Part shown: positions 25,346 to 37,359 of the stretch, piece after piece
Position numbering within the stretch: the first letter of the stretch is position 1
How the letters are laid out: every line of letters begins with the position of its first letter
Source: Antechinus flavipes
Taxonomy: Eukaryota
Assembly: GCF_016432865.1 (NCBI RefSeq)
Contig: NC_067398.1
Location: 726,206,001 to 726,270,000, forward strand
DNA length: 64,000 bases
Direction: 5' to 3'
Translations under genes and position numbers: made by a program
The notes under the pieces: generated by a model
The model's input: the letters and a program-made list of their open reading frames with translations, nothing else
Told to the model about the DNA's origin: nothing
Databases searched by the model: none

Positions 25346-27030
25346 TAATCCTTGCGTTCCTGTCCCTGGGCTGTGGCAGAACAAAAGCGACCTCCTACCA
25401 GAGGGAACGCCCAAGTGAGCCAGGAGCAGCAGGAGGGCCGTCTTGCCCGAGCTCAGGCTGGGGGCCGGGTGCACTCCGTCCATCCTTGGGTGCTGACAAA
25501 GGCCGGGGGGATCCTTGAGCGACAGGCCATAAAAAACCCAAGAAGACCCCAGTCCTGGAGAAGGCAAATATTGGCCCGGTAGGACTGGGGGGATCCCCTG
25601 GCCCGTTCCAAGTCAGAGCCCAAAATACTGGATGGCCGGCTCTTTGGCTTCCGGCTGCGGCCAGAACAGGCCTCGAGGAGCCGGCAGGTCCCCGCTCGGG
25701 AAGTCCGCTAGCGTTGGCCGATAAGCCGAGCGGGCCCGGGGGCTTGGCTGTGGGCGGAAGAGCTTCAGCGGCGGGAGCCGGGAAGGGCGAGTGTTCTTGG
25801 GCTCTCGGGTGGCAGGAAGAGCTTGGGGGCGGGGGCTGGTAGCCACTCTTGTCACTAGGCCCTTGGTAGAACCGCCCCTTGTAAGCACTGAGCTTGGCCG
25901 ACAACTGGCGCACTTATACGAACCAGTAATTGTGGCCGGGCAGCGCCGCTGGGGGCCCCGGAGCAAGAGAAGGCTCCCCCGCCGCCCGCACCCGGCTCCG
26001 CAGGAACACCAGGGGCTGCCTCGTCTGCGACAAGGGTCGCGAGGCTCTGTGCTGGCGTCTCGTCCGGCAGCAAAGGAAGCAAGAGGGGCTGGGAGTTTCA
26101 GGCCCGCGAGCTCCTGGGACATCCTGAAAGGTGGCCGGCAGCCCTATAGAAAGGGGCGCCCAGGCCCCCTCGAGAACGTGGGGCCGGACTCGCCCCGTTC
26201 TGTGCCTCGAGCCGCTAAGCTCGGGGGAGCTCTGGGCAGAGGCTGCCCGTTCTCGCCGGCTCGACCGAGTATCTGAGGCTGAGGGGAAGGTGCATCGGAG
26301 GAGCTCGCACTCTGCGCCTTTGGGATGGAGGGGGCGGCTGGGCGGCTGCGGGGGGACCCGGGAAGGAGGCAGGGCCGGGGGGGACCCGGGAAGGAGGCAG
26401 GGCCGGGAGGGCCAGTGAGCCTGGCGGGGGCGGCTGCAGGGGGCCCGGGAAGGAGGGATAGCCCGGCAGAGGCTGGGGGCAGAGGCCGGGCAGACTTGTA
26501 GGAGCCAGATCCAGCTGGCGTGGGATGGTCCTCGGTGTCAGGAGTGCGACATTGCAGCCAGAACAGGGAGGACACCTCGGGGGCTCCGAGCAGGGAGGAC
26601 TCACAGGAGTCAGGAGGAGGCCTTTGACCCTCCGCCCTCGTCCAGCCTCCTTTTGCCGGCTTTGGCTCGGGCCGTGGTGAAGGAGGGTGCCAGGCCCCGA
26701 GGGAGAAGAGGCAGAGGGTGGTCCTGGGGAGCAGGGAGCACTGGGGCCGCTGGGTCGGTCCGGGTTGCCCGAGAGAAGGCTGGAGGATCGGCCTTTGGGC
26801 TTCCTTTGGGTTCTGGGTGGGATCAGGAGGCTGAGGTTCTGAGATTCCCCCCGGGACTAACCCCTCCCTAGCCAGGGTGGAAGCCACATCCCGTCAGCCC
26901 TCAGAAGTCACACTGACCTCCACGGGGGGGCGCCTGGGCACTCTGCGTGCGCCCCCCTTGTTATTAGGGCCAGGAGCTGTCCTTGTTCATGGGGAATTGA
27001 GGCTTCAGGAGCAGGGGCTGGCCACCAGCG

Positions 27031-27353
27031 CTCAGGGGTGCCCACAGTACTCAGGGATGCCTACGGTACTCAGGGGTGCCCACGGTACTCAGGGGTGCCC
27101 ATGGTACTCAGGGATGCCCACGGTACTCAGGGGTGCCCACGGTACTCAGGGATGCCCACGGTACTCAGGGATGCCCACGGTACTCAGGAGTGCCCACGGT
27201 ACTCAGGGATGCCCACGGTACTCAGGGGTGCCCACGATGCTCAGGGGTGCCCACGGTAACTCAGGGATGCCCACGGTACTCAGGGATGCCCACGGTACTC
27301 AGGGGTGCCCACGGTACTCAGGGGTGCCCACGATGCTCAGGGATGCCCACGGC
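27031..27353. repeat. 19-bp minisatellite x17 (RAB36 intron 1)
   Basis: ctcagg(gg/ga)tgcccacggta units. Confidence 0.97.
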
Positions 27354-28001
27354 ACTGTGCCCACCTCCTCCCAGCTGCCCATTCTCCCACTCTCTGCGGC
27401 CCCACTTCTCCCAGAGCTGATGCAATCCCCTTGTTCCTTGTTCACCCTGTTTCCTCCTTTAATTGCTTCCTTTTAGAAACCGCCCAGACCTTGCGGGGCT
27501 TTTCCTTGTAAACTGTGGCTCACTTTGTCCAGCGGCCCGAGCTCTGGGCCTACGGTGGTCAAGCTGTGTGACCCTGTGAGTCCTGTAGCCCCCGCCTGCC
27601 TCAGTTTCCTCATCTGTACAATGGGGATCACGGGGGATGGTTGTGAGGATGAGAAGGGATGCTGTTTGCACACACAAGGCCTGGCATACAGTAGGCACTT
27701 CATAAATGCTTCTTCCCTTCCCCTTCCTCTTCCCCACAGACTCAGTGGAAGGAAGTGGGGCCCAGGAGGCTCTGAGGGCCCGTGAACCGTGGAAGGGACT
27801 GATGGGAGGGATGGCCCAGAGGTGGAGGGGGGCTGGGGGGGGTCTCAGGAACAGCCAGCTGGCAGCCCTGCGGGGCGGGGGATGGGCACGGGAGGATGGC
27901 GCTTTGCGGCCTGGGCTGAGCGGCGAGAACGAGGGCCCCTGGGCTTGCTGCCGCCGCCCCGCCGCCATTGCCGGGTTTGTGTCCCCAGGGCCTCAGCCAG
28001 C

Positions 28002-31000
28002 ATGGAAGCCACCGGGGTGCGCCTGGGGCCGCCCGTCAGCCGGGACCGAGTCATTGCTGACTTTCCCAAGGTGAGGGAGGGAGCCCCCGCGGCACCCCTC
28101 CCCTTCTCCCCCCTCCACCAGCAGACCCCTGCCCATCCCCCCCTCCCAGCAGCCCCCTGGCCCTCACACGCCCAAGTCCCAGCTGGAGCGGACTCTGGCG
28201 GGTCCGCCCCCTCCCAGCCCTCGGTTTGGCGCCCATTCGGCCTCCTCTGATTGGTCGGCTTGGTCTCAGCCCGGGCCGGCCCCGCCCCCACGGTGGGGAG
28301 CTGTCCAGCAGAGACTGGCTGGACCCGGGTCCGCCCTGGGGGGCAGCGGGGAAGGGGCCGGGAGAGTGCGGGCAGCAAGGGCCCGCCTCGGCCTCCTGGG
28401 GTCAGAGGTCAGAACCTCAGCATGAGTCAGCCAACGGGGTCACCATGCTTGCTTTGGGCTTGGAGCTGGCGGGAGCCGCCCCGCCCTCCCTAGGAAGGAG
28501 ACCCAGGCCCGCGCCCTTGCTGGCCCCCCAGCTCCCCTCCCGTGGCCCTCAGACCCCCCTTCTTTCAGTGGTACACGCCCGAGGCCTGCCTGCAGCTCAA
28601 GGACCACTTCCACGGGCAGGTGCGCGAGGCCTGCCGGGAGAGGAGGACTGGCTCGGTGGGGTGAGTGGGGGGGAGGGGCCCGGGCACAGCTTTGACCTGG
28701 GGGGAGGGAGGCCAGAGTCGGGACCCTCCGCTGCAGCTCTGGGGGCCTCCAGGCTCTGCTTTCTGCGATGGGGACCAGGGCAGGAGCGCCCAACCCGGAA
28801 GGGCGGCTGCCAGGCCGGGCCGGCTCGGCTCTCGGGCCTCCGTTTCCCCATCTGTAAAGTGAAGGGATGCTCCCAGAAGCTTCCAGTCCTGGGAGGGCGG
28901 GCCACATGTTCTCTGCATCCTGGGGGGCGGGTGCCCCAGAGGAAGACTAGGGCTCTTCCCGCCCTCAGGGAGCTCCCGGGGAGGCGGGGCTGGTGGGGTC
29001 AGGGAGAGGAGGGGCCATGGGGAGGTCACTGGGGGACACAAGACACTGCGCACGCGCCGCACTGTACACACTACACACGTGCTCCCCTGTGCACCCGCCC
29101 ACACATATCACACAGTGTAGGCGCTCCCACGTCCCACACAAGCGCCCCTTTGCTGCCGGGAGCCCGGGGACATCTTCAGAGGCGGCTGGAGGTGGGGCCT
29201 TGGCCCTTCCCAGTGACCACCCCCGGCCGGGTGAGCGGGCGCCGGGGGGCCAGACCCCTGAGACTTCCGGGTTGGACAGAGGGAGCCTCCCCTGGTGGGG
29301 AATCAGGACCACGGTCAGCGGCTGGGGGGGCTGCCAGGCAGGTGCAGAGGGACCGGCCCGGGGCTGGGCCCTGGGAATCTCTCCAGGAGCACCCGTGGCC
29401 TCCAGGAGAACCAGCCGGTCCCTGTGTGTCCCTGGCCCTCTTCCCCTCAGGGGCCACAGGAGCAAATGGCTCTCCCCGCGGGGCTCCCACTGCCGCCCAC
29501 CCCGGCAGCCCCGACCGGCTCCCCTCTGTCCTGTTTCACTTAGACTCTGGCTTCCTAGGGGGTGGGCCGGCTGGCAGCGGGTGTGGGCTGGGGGGAAGGA
29601 CCGGGCTCTGGGAGAGGGCGGGGCTCTGGGAGAGGGCGGGGCTCCGCGGAGGGTGGGGACTCTGGTAGGGGGCGGGGCTCTGGGGAAGGGCGGGGACCCT
29701 GGGAGAGGGCGGGGCTCCGCGGAGGGTGGGGACTCTGGGAGAGGGCGGGGCTCCGCGGAGGGTGAGGACTCTGGGAGAGGGCGGGGCTCCGCGGAGGGTG
29801 GGGACTCTGGTAGGGGGCGGGGCTCTGGGGAGGGCGGGGCTCCGGGGAAGGCCAGCCCCCAGTAAGCCCCCCTCCCGCTGTGCCCTCCCAGGCTGAAGGT
29901 ATCCAAAGTTGTCGTCCTGGGAGACCTCTATGTGGGCAAGACGAGCCTCATCAACAGGTAGGCCCCTGGGCTCGGCTCCCGGGTCTCCCCCTCCCCCGGC
30001 CCTCTCCGTTGTCCCGGCCTTCAGGGCTGACCACTGGGATTGGGCCCCGGGCTCCGCCCCTCCTGCGGCCCCTTACTGTGGGTTCTGGACCAACAGGCCC
30101 ATTTCCCAGGCGCGCAGGGGGAGGTGGCCGGGCCGCCCGCTTTGTGGAGAAGGCCTGGGGGGCCCCGCGGGGAGGGAGGGGCGCCCGGCCGGCCTCGTGC
30201 CCAGAGGTGGGGCCCAGAGCCGGGTGTGCCCGAGGGCGGGAGGCGCGGACCCCCTTTCCGCCTGACCCGCTGTGGCTCCAGGTTCTGCAAAGACGTCTTC
30301 GATCGGCACTACAAGGCCACCATCGGCGTCGACTTCGAGATCGAGAGGTTTGAGATCGCAGGCGTCCCCTACAGCCTCCAGATGTGAGTGCGCCCCTCCC
30401 CTCCCGCAGGGCCCGCTGCCCTCTGACCCGGGCCCAGGGCCCCCCCAGGCTGGAGAGGGGCGGAGGGGCCCCCCTGAGGGGGGGGAGCACTTGAAGGGGT
30501 GGCTCTGATCTCAGACCATGGCAGGTTGGGCCCCAGGGAAGGTGGGGAAGCCGGGGGCTCCGGGTCCTGACTGGCAGGGGCCCAAGCTGACTCTGAGGGC
30601 CCGAGAGCCCCTGGGGGCAGAGCCCTGCTGGGAAGGGTCAGCCCGGCCCCTGCATGGGCCCCGAGGGAGAGGCTCAGGGGCCCTTCTGGCCCCCGGCTGC
30701 TTGGGGACCCCCTCCCACGGGCCTCTCTTTCCCCTGCAGCTGGGACACGGCAGGACAGGAGAAATTCAAGTGCATCGCTTCTGCGTACTATAGGGGCGCA
30801 CAGGGTGAGCCCAACACGGAGGGTCCCGGCGGGGACACAGGCCCCCCCCATCCCAGGCTGCTTCTGACCCCCCCCCTTCTTGTGCCCGGGCAGTTATCAT
30901 CACTACGTTTGACCTGGCAGACATCAAGACCCTGGGACACACCAGGTGAGCCTTCTGGCGGGGGAGGGGTGGGAGTGCCCCCCCAGTGAGCGGCCCCCCA

Positions 31001-33925
31001 CTGCCCACCCAGGGAGGGCGGCTCTGCTGCGGCCTTCGGGGTCCCAGGGAGGAGCCAGCCCCAAGGTGGTGAGGGCCCAGCAGGGCTCCCACCTGAAGCC
31101 TGGCACCAAAAGGGGAGCAATCTTGTGGCCCCCGGTGGGGGGGAGCGCCTCCGCTGCCCTGACTGGCCTCTGGGAGCGGTGTCCCCGGGGGCGCGTCCTT
31201 CCCTCCCTCCTCCTTTCCCCCCTTTCCCCCTCACTTCAGTCTCTCCCTCCTCCCTCCTCCCTCTCCCCCTCCCCCTCCTCCTATCCCCCCATGCCCCAGG
31301 CAGTGGCTGGCAGACGCCCAAAGGGAGAACGAGCCGGGTTCCAGCTTCGTCTTCCTGGTTGGGACAAAGAAGGATCTGCTGGTGAGCGGGGTCCGGCACC
31401 TGGCTGGGGGGCGCTGAGGGAGTCTGTGCCAGGCTTGGGGGCACTGGGGGCGTCCGTGCCCCGCTGGGGGGCGCTGAGGGAGTCTGTGCCAGGCTTAGGG
31501 GCACTGGGGGCGTCCGTGCCCCGCTGGGGAGGTTGTCGGGGGGAGGCCGGCCCTGCCCCCAGCTGGGCCCGCACGCTAGAGCCCCGCTGCCTCTGAGACC
31601 GGGCCGGGTGGGGGGCTTTCCCAGTCCTGGATCAGTGATGGGGGAGGGGGGTTGGAGGGGGCTGGGCATCGAGGAGGAGCCGGATCGGTTTAGTCTGGAG
31701 GCCGGCCCGAGGAGCCAGGTGGACACTGTCTCGGACCCCCGGCTGCCCAGAGGGAGGGGCTGGCCTGGGCTCGGCAGAGCTGAGATCCCAACCCTGCTCC
31801 TCCTGCTCCGTGTTCCGCCTCCGAGCCCCGTGGGGCAGCGATCTCCGCCTGACCCGGCAGGGGGGTGCGGTCCCTCGGTCTCCGGCCCCCAGGGCCGGCC
31901 TTTGGCGGCTCCCAGCCGGCCGGCACTGCCACTCTCCCCCAGTCAGGGCCCGCCTGCGAGCGCACGGAGATGGACGCCGTCCAGCTGGCCAACGAGATGC
32001 AGGCCGAGTACTGGTCAGTTTCGGCCAAAACAGGTGAGTCTGGTGCGGACACTGAGGGGGGAAGGGGGAGTGGGGAGGACTGCCCAAAACCGGCCCCTTC
32101 AGGCACAGGGCTGGGTTCAAATTTAGCCGCGTGGTCTGGAGATGTCGTGGGTCCCTGGGACCTCAGTTTCCCCATCTGTAAAGTTAAGGGTGGGATGGAA
32201 CATTTTCCGGGGTCCCTCCAGTCTATTCACTGTGGGCCTGAGACCCCCGGAGCCCCCGTCCTCCCCCAGCTTGGCCAGGGCTCAGTGAGAAGCCTGGAGG
32301 GAAGGGGGAGGGGCAAGAACTGGAGCCCCCTGTAAAAGAGGGTCCCTTTGAGGAGGACGCGATGCTGCCCGGGGGCCCTCGGACCACCCAGCCGGTAACC
32401 CCACGGGAGGGGCCCCGACCCAGAGGTGGGGGCGGGGGGGGGGCCTGTGTAGTGCCCTCTGGGGGTGCCGGGGGGGCTGCTTCCCGAGGGCGTGACCCCT
32501 GGTGTGCCCTCCGTGTCCCGTGCCCCAGGGGAGAACGTGAAGGCCTTCTTCTCCCGGGTCGCCGCCCTGGCGTTCGAGCAGTCGGTGCTGCAGGAACTGG
32601 AGCGGAGGGGCGGCCGGAGAGCCCAGATCGGGGCCGGGGCCTCCATCAGCATCGGTACGGCGCCCCCTGCCGGCCCCCTTTGTGCTTGTCTGGGGAGTGC
32701 TGGGCTTCCCAAATCTGGGCCAAGAGTCAGCGCTGGCCCACAAGACCTGGGGCTCCAGCCCCTCCCCCCTAAGGCAGCCCGGTCCCGTGTGGCCCAAACG
32801 CCAGCGGCGTCGGAGCCCGTTCCTGAGGTCGCCAGCTGGTCATTTCCTACAGAGCCATAATGTTCCATAACACTCATATACCACAATTTACCCAGCCATT
32901 CTCCAATGGATGGGCATCCATTCATTTTCCAGCTTCTAGCCACTACAAACAGGGCTGCCACAAACATTTTGGCACATACAGGTCCCTTTCCCTTCTTTAG
33001 TATCTCTTTGGGATATAAGCCCAGTAGAAACACTGCTGGATCAAAGGGTCTGCACAGTGTGATAACTTTTTGAGCATAGTTCCAAATCGCTCTCCAGAAT
33101 GGCTGGATGTGTTCACAATTCCACCAACAATGTATCAGTGTCCCTGTTTTCCCACATCCCCTCCAACATTCCCCATTATCTTTCCCTGTCATTCTGGCCA
33201 ATCTGACAGGGGTGTAGCGGTATCTCAGAGCTGTCTTAATTTGCATTTCTCTGATCAATAGTGACTTGAAGCATCTTTTCTTATGGCTAGAAATAGTTTG
33301 TTGCTTCCCTTCTAACTTTGTCTGCATTAGTTTTGTTTGTACAAAAGCTTTTTAACTTGATACAATCAAAATTGTCTACTTTGTGATCAGTCACGGTCTC
33401 TAGTTCTTCTTTGGTCACAGATTCCTTCCTCCTCCACCAGTCTGAGAGATAAACAATCCTCTGTTCCTCTAATTTATTTATAATCTCGTTCTTTATGCCT
33501 AGGTCATGGACCCATTTTAACCTTATCTTGGTCTACGGTGTTGTGTGGGTCCCTGCCTAATTTCTGCCATACTCATTTCCAGTTTTCCCAGCAGTTTTTG
33601 GCAGCGAGTCCTTGTCCCAAAAGCTGGGTCTCGGGGTTTGTCAAACCCTAGATTGCTTTAGTTGTTGACTATTTTGTCCCGTGATCCCGACCCATCCCAC
33701 TGATTGACTCCCCTGTTCCTCAGCCAGCGCTGCTTTATAAGACGGTTCCAAGCGCAGCGAAGGCCCTCTCTCCTTGGCCCGCCTCAGTGCGCTCCCCAGG
33801 CTCCCAGGTGGATGGGTTCGCCGCCCACAGAAGAATGCTTTCTGTTTCCTTTATTTACAGGGATGGAGGAGCACTCTGCTGCGTGCCGGGAAGGTGCCAG
33901 CGCCAGCAGTCCCGGGTGCTGCTAG
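28002..33925 (+). CDS. RAB36: Ras-related protein Rab-36, 269 aa. Coding exons 28002-28070, 28569-28660, 29892-29957, 30282-30383, 30740-30804, 30894-30945, 31300-31381, 31943-32033, 32529-32654 and 33861-33925
   Basis: MEATGVRLGPPVSRDRVIADFPK-WYTPEACLQLKDHFHGQV...KVVVLGDLYVGKTSLINR-FCKDVFDRHYKATIGVDFEIERFEIAGVPYSLQI-WDTAGQEKFKCIASAYYRGAQ-VIITTFD...FLVGTKKDLL-SG...YWSVSAKTG-ENVKAFFSRVAALAFEQSVL...-MEEHSAACREGASASSPGCC*. All G-boxes are present. Exons sum to 810 nt in frame with GT-AG junctions. The exon 32529-32654 donor is the least certain. Confidence 0.95.
29600..29848. repeat. G-rich 18/19-bp repeat with an approximately 38-bp dimer (RAB36 intron 3)
   Basis: Alternating ggctctgggagagggcgg and ggctccgcggagggtgggga. 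Confidence 0.9.
31403..31530. repeat. 60-bp direct duplication (RAB36 intron 8)
   Basis: ctggggggcgctgagggagtctgtgccaggctt.ggggcactgggggcgtccgtgccccg occurs twice. Confidence 0.9.
32840..33715 (-). mobile_element. L1 ORF2 3' fragment, antisense, in the last RAB36 intron
   Basis: Minus-strand ORF ...KRCFKSLLIREMQIKTALRYRYTPVRLARMTGKDNGECWRGCGKTGTLIHCWWNCEHIQPFW..., nearly the same as the copy at 13.8-14.3 kb. Confidence 0.95.
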
Positions 33926-34280
33926 GTGGGATCTCTGGAGCCCCAGGACAGTCTGGGGCAGACGGAGCATCTCTGACGAGACGCCAGAGATGCTCCGTCT
34001 GCCCTCGGGACGTGTGCCCCCTTCTGCCTTGCCTGGCCGCTGGCTTCCTCGTCTGTACGACGGGCACAGTCGGAACACGTGGTGGCCAAACCCACCCGCC
34101 CTCGTGTTTTCTCCAGACACCCTCCTCTACTCCCCTCCCCCAGCGACAGGCCTGTGGCCTTGACCGCACCGGAGGGAACCGCCCAGCCCCACACCTCCTG
34201 GAAGCTGCCAGCCACCAAGGGCCGTCCCTCCTGAGCTGTGACCCCCGGGGCTGCCACCTCCACACTGTCAGCACTGGGGC

Positions 34281-34520
34281 CATCACGGCCTGGACTGTCA
34301 GCCCCAGCTCCATCACCTCCTGGACCGTCAGCCCCAGCTCCATCACCTCCTGGACCATCAGCCCCGGCTCCATCACCTCCTGGACCATCAGCCCCAGCTC
34401 CATCACTGCCTTGACCATCAGCCCCAGCTCCATCACCTCCTGGACTATCAGCCCTGGCTCCATCACCTCCCGGACCATCAGCCCCAGCTCTGTCACCTCC
34501 GGCTCAGTCAGCTCTTGGGC
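34281..34520. repeat. 30-bp tandem repeat x8 in the presumed RAB36 3' UTR
   Basis: catcacctcctggaccatcagccccagctc at exact 30-nt spacing from 34281. Confidence 0.95.
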
Positions 34521-35199
34521 CGTGACCCCCAATGCCTTCACTTCGGGCCCGATTCCTGGCATAGGGAGATGGCCCGGGCTGGAACAGGTCCCCCAGCAAG
34601 GCGGCCCCTGACCGCTGGCCCCGGGAGGAGCTCGGTTGGACGATGTCGCCTGGTCTTTGGAGAGCGGCCCAGGGCGTGGGCAGGAGCGGGCTCTGAACTC
34701 CGGCAGGGTCAGTGTCAGGACCTGCCCCTTGTTCTCAGCTCGTACAGCAGCCCTGGGCTCAGCCCCGGGAACGAGGGCCCGGGGAACGGCTCCTTGTTTT
34801 CCGGGGCCCGAGGGGCGTCCGCAGCCTTGCTGAGCCCCTGATTCCAAGGCAGGACGCCTTCCTCGACTCCAGCTGAGACACCACCAGCCTCTGCCGGAGG
34901 GCCTGGCGCGGGGAGGGGGCGAGGGGGGTCTTCACCCGTGTTCCAGCTGAGGCTGGCAGCTTGGCTTGAAGACCCTTCCCCCTGCAATCACCCTTCAGCT
35001 CTCACTCCAAAAGTGAACCCCGTGCCCCAAGGAAGCAGACACGGGGGGATCACCACCCTGCCCTTTTTGGCTGCCCCTTCCCCCTCCTGGCGCTCCCTGA
35101 GGTGTGGCCCTCTCAGACCCCCGGATCTTTTTCAGACAGACTGCTCTCCCTCCATAGCCCTCTCTGCTACTTAATTTGTTTAATTTCACATTTATTGCT

Positions 35200-35205
35200 A
35201 TTAAA
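35200..35205 (+). terminator. RAB36: Probable RAB36 polyadenylation signal ATTAAA
   Basis: First clear hexamer in an AT-rich patch about 1.27 kb after the stop codon. Confidence 0.5.
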
Positions 35206-36597
35206 AGCCATCTCGGATTCGGCCCGAGTTCCGGCCGGGGAGGTCTCTTTGGGGCACAGCGCCAGCGTGGCTTCGAGGGCCCTGACAAGGGCCTGAGCGC
35301 AGGCCGGGCCAGTGACCGCCTTCAGTGTTCGCTCCTGAGTAGTAGAGGGAGATCAGGGCTGACCTCGGAGAGTCCCGACCTGCCTGGGAGGGGGCTGACG
35401 TCACCCCGTTTTGCAGACGGAAAGACTGAGGCACGGGGAGCCGAGGTGAGCCGGCCCTAAGGGCCCGCAGGGCGCGCCTCCCGCATGGCCCCTCTGCCTT
35501 CCCTCCCCTCACAAGTACCCTGATGCTGATAGGGGGTGGGCAGGGAGCACTCGGTCCTGGGGGCGGGGCGGGGCACGAGGGGCTGCAGCCCTTGAGGGAG
35601 GAGCTGGGAGTCAGCGGGAAGGCTGGGGGGTGGGGACACGCCCACGCAGGAAGGCCCTCGGAGGATCCTGGCAGTGGATTCCAGCCTGTGGGCCCGGGGG
35701 CACGTGGACATTCAGCCCGCCAGAGGGATTGAGAGGGGGCCGGGCCCCCACTCTCCAAGGCCCTGGTCTCACCCGCTGCTCCCAGCATCCTCGGGGCGCA
35801 GACACCGCCCCCTAGCGCCTGCCGAGGCCCCAGGCTCGGTCGGGGTCTTCCTCATTCCTGCTACTTCCTGCCGAGAATCCCGGACTGAACCCCCCCCCCT
35901 TCAGCAGAGTCCCCGGAGCCCCCGGTTCTCTGGTCCCAGGAGTCCGGCCAAGGCCGCCCTGAAGGCCGACGATCTGTCCCCAAGGCTCACCCCCTAAAAT
36001 GTGCCTGGAGTGCCTTCGTTCCCCCTCAGCAGGGGAGCCTGAAAGGAGGGGACAGGAGGGAGGGGGGAGGCGCAGTGAGTGGGAGGAAACAGGCGCCGGC
36101 GGCGGCAGCGAGAGTCTCGCCTCACATCCCCAGAGGGCTGGGCCGGGCCGGGCCCCAGACTCCGGAGGCGGTTCTGTACCGGCCCGGTCCTGTGGCCCCG
36201 CCCCGGGGGGGTGGAGTTCTCCCTTCTCCCCTGTCACCGAGATCCCGCCTCAGCTCTTCTCCCAAACCCGCGCGCGGCCCACCGTCAGCGCTCGCCCTAA
36301 GAGAGCCGGAGTTCCCCCCGCCCCCTCCCCCTCCCGGGCGGCAGGTGATCCCGTCCGGCTCACACCCGCCGCTTCCTCCCGCTTCCACGACGGCCTCGCT
36401 GCAAGAACCCCCTCCCCCCATCCCGTGTGGCGACGCGCACGAGGACGCGCTCGTGGTTCTCGCTCGCGTTTTCCCCTTTCTGAAGGGGCTTCTCTGGGGC
36501 AGCGAGAGCCTTTCACGCCGGTCCGCGCGCTTGGGTTTGACAAGTATTCCGCCATGTTTAACTGGACTGCCCGCCGGGGGCTGGGGGGGTGGGGAGC

Positions 36598-36679
36598 GAG
36601 GAATATCTGGAACCCGAGGCCGTGCTGACCCTCCCACCGAGGAATATCTGGAACCCGAGGCCGTGCTGACCCTCCCACC
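36598..36679. repeat. Perfect 41-bp direct repeat x2
   Basis: gaggaatatctggaacccgaggccgtgctgaccctcccacc occurs twice. Confidence 0.95.
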
Positions 36680-37359
36680 ACCCGTCAAACCAGCCGGGCC
36701 TGGGTTGTGAAAACAAAAAGCTTAAAAAAAGAAAAAGGAAGGGGGGGGGGGGGGAGGAGAAAGGAAAAAATCGGATCAAAAAGAAAGAAAATAAAAGAAA
36801 AAGTGGAAGGCTGCCGCGCTCCCCCTCAGCTCCCACAGGCCTCCCTCCGGGTGTAGACGGCTCTCTCCCGCTCTGAACAAGCGGAACTGGCCTGAATCGC
36901 CTCATCCTGGAGGAGAGTCCGGCCGTCAGAAGCCGTGGTCGTGTAGTCTTGCCGTGGACCACGATCCGCTGGGGCTGCTCACTTCCCTCGGATCAGCTCC
37001 TGTGTCTCCGGCCCCCCGAAATCCCCCGGCAGCCGCTCCCGACGGAAATCTGCTCCCGACAGAAATCCTCTCCCGACAGCCGCAGTTCCTGACAGGCCGC
37101 AGCTCCGTGTCCTTGCTGCTTGTGCTCCCACCGGCCCACTCACTCCCTCAGGACCAGATTTCTTCCCCTTTCTTCTGAGTTTTTTATATTCGCCATTGCA
37201 GCGAGGAGTCAGCCTGAGCTGCCGCACTTTTCCGCGCCCAGACAACGACGGGCTAACCTGGGGCAGCGGCCTCCTTGGGCCGGCTCCACAGGAGGAACTC
37301 TGGCTCTCAAACCATGGGCTCCAGGAAGGCTTTGCAGCAAAGGCGGGGAAGGGACGCGC

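Noticed and set aside
32227-33327. 366-aa ORF as a novel L1-RAB36 antisense fusion protein
   Set aside because: Chance read-through from an L1 ORF2 fragment into the GC-rich antisense of a RAB36 exon; GTG start, no support.
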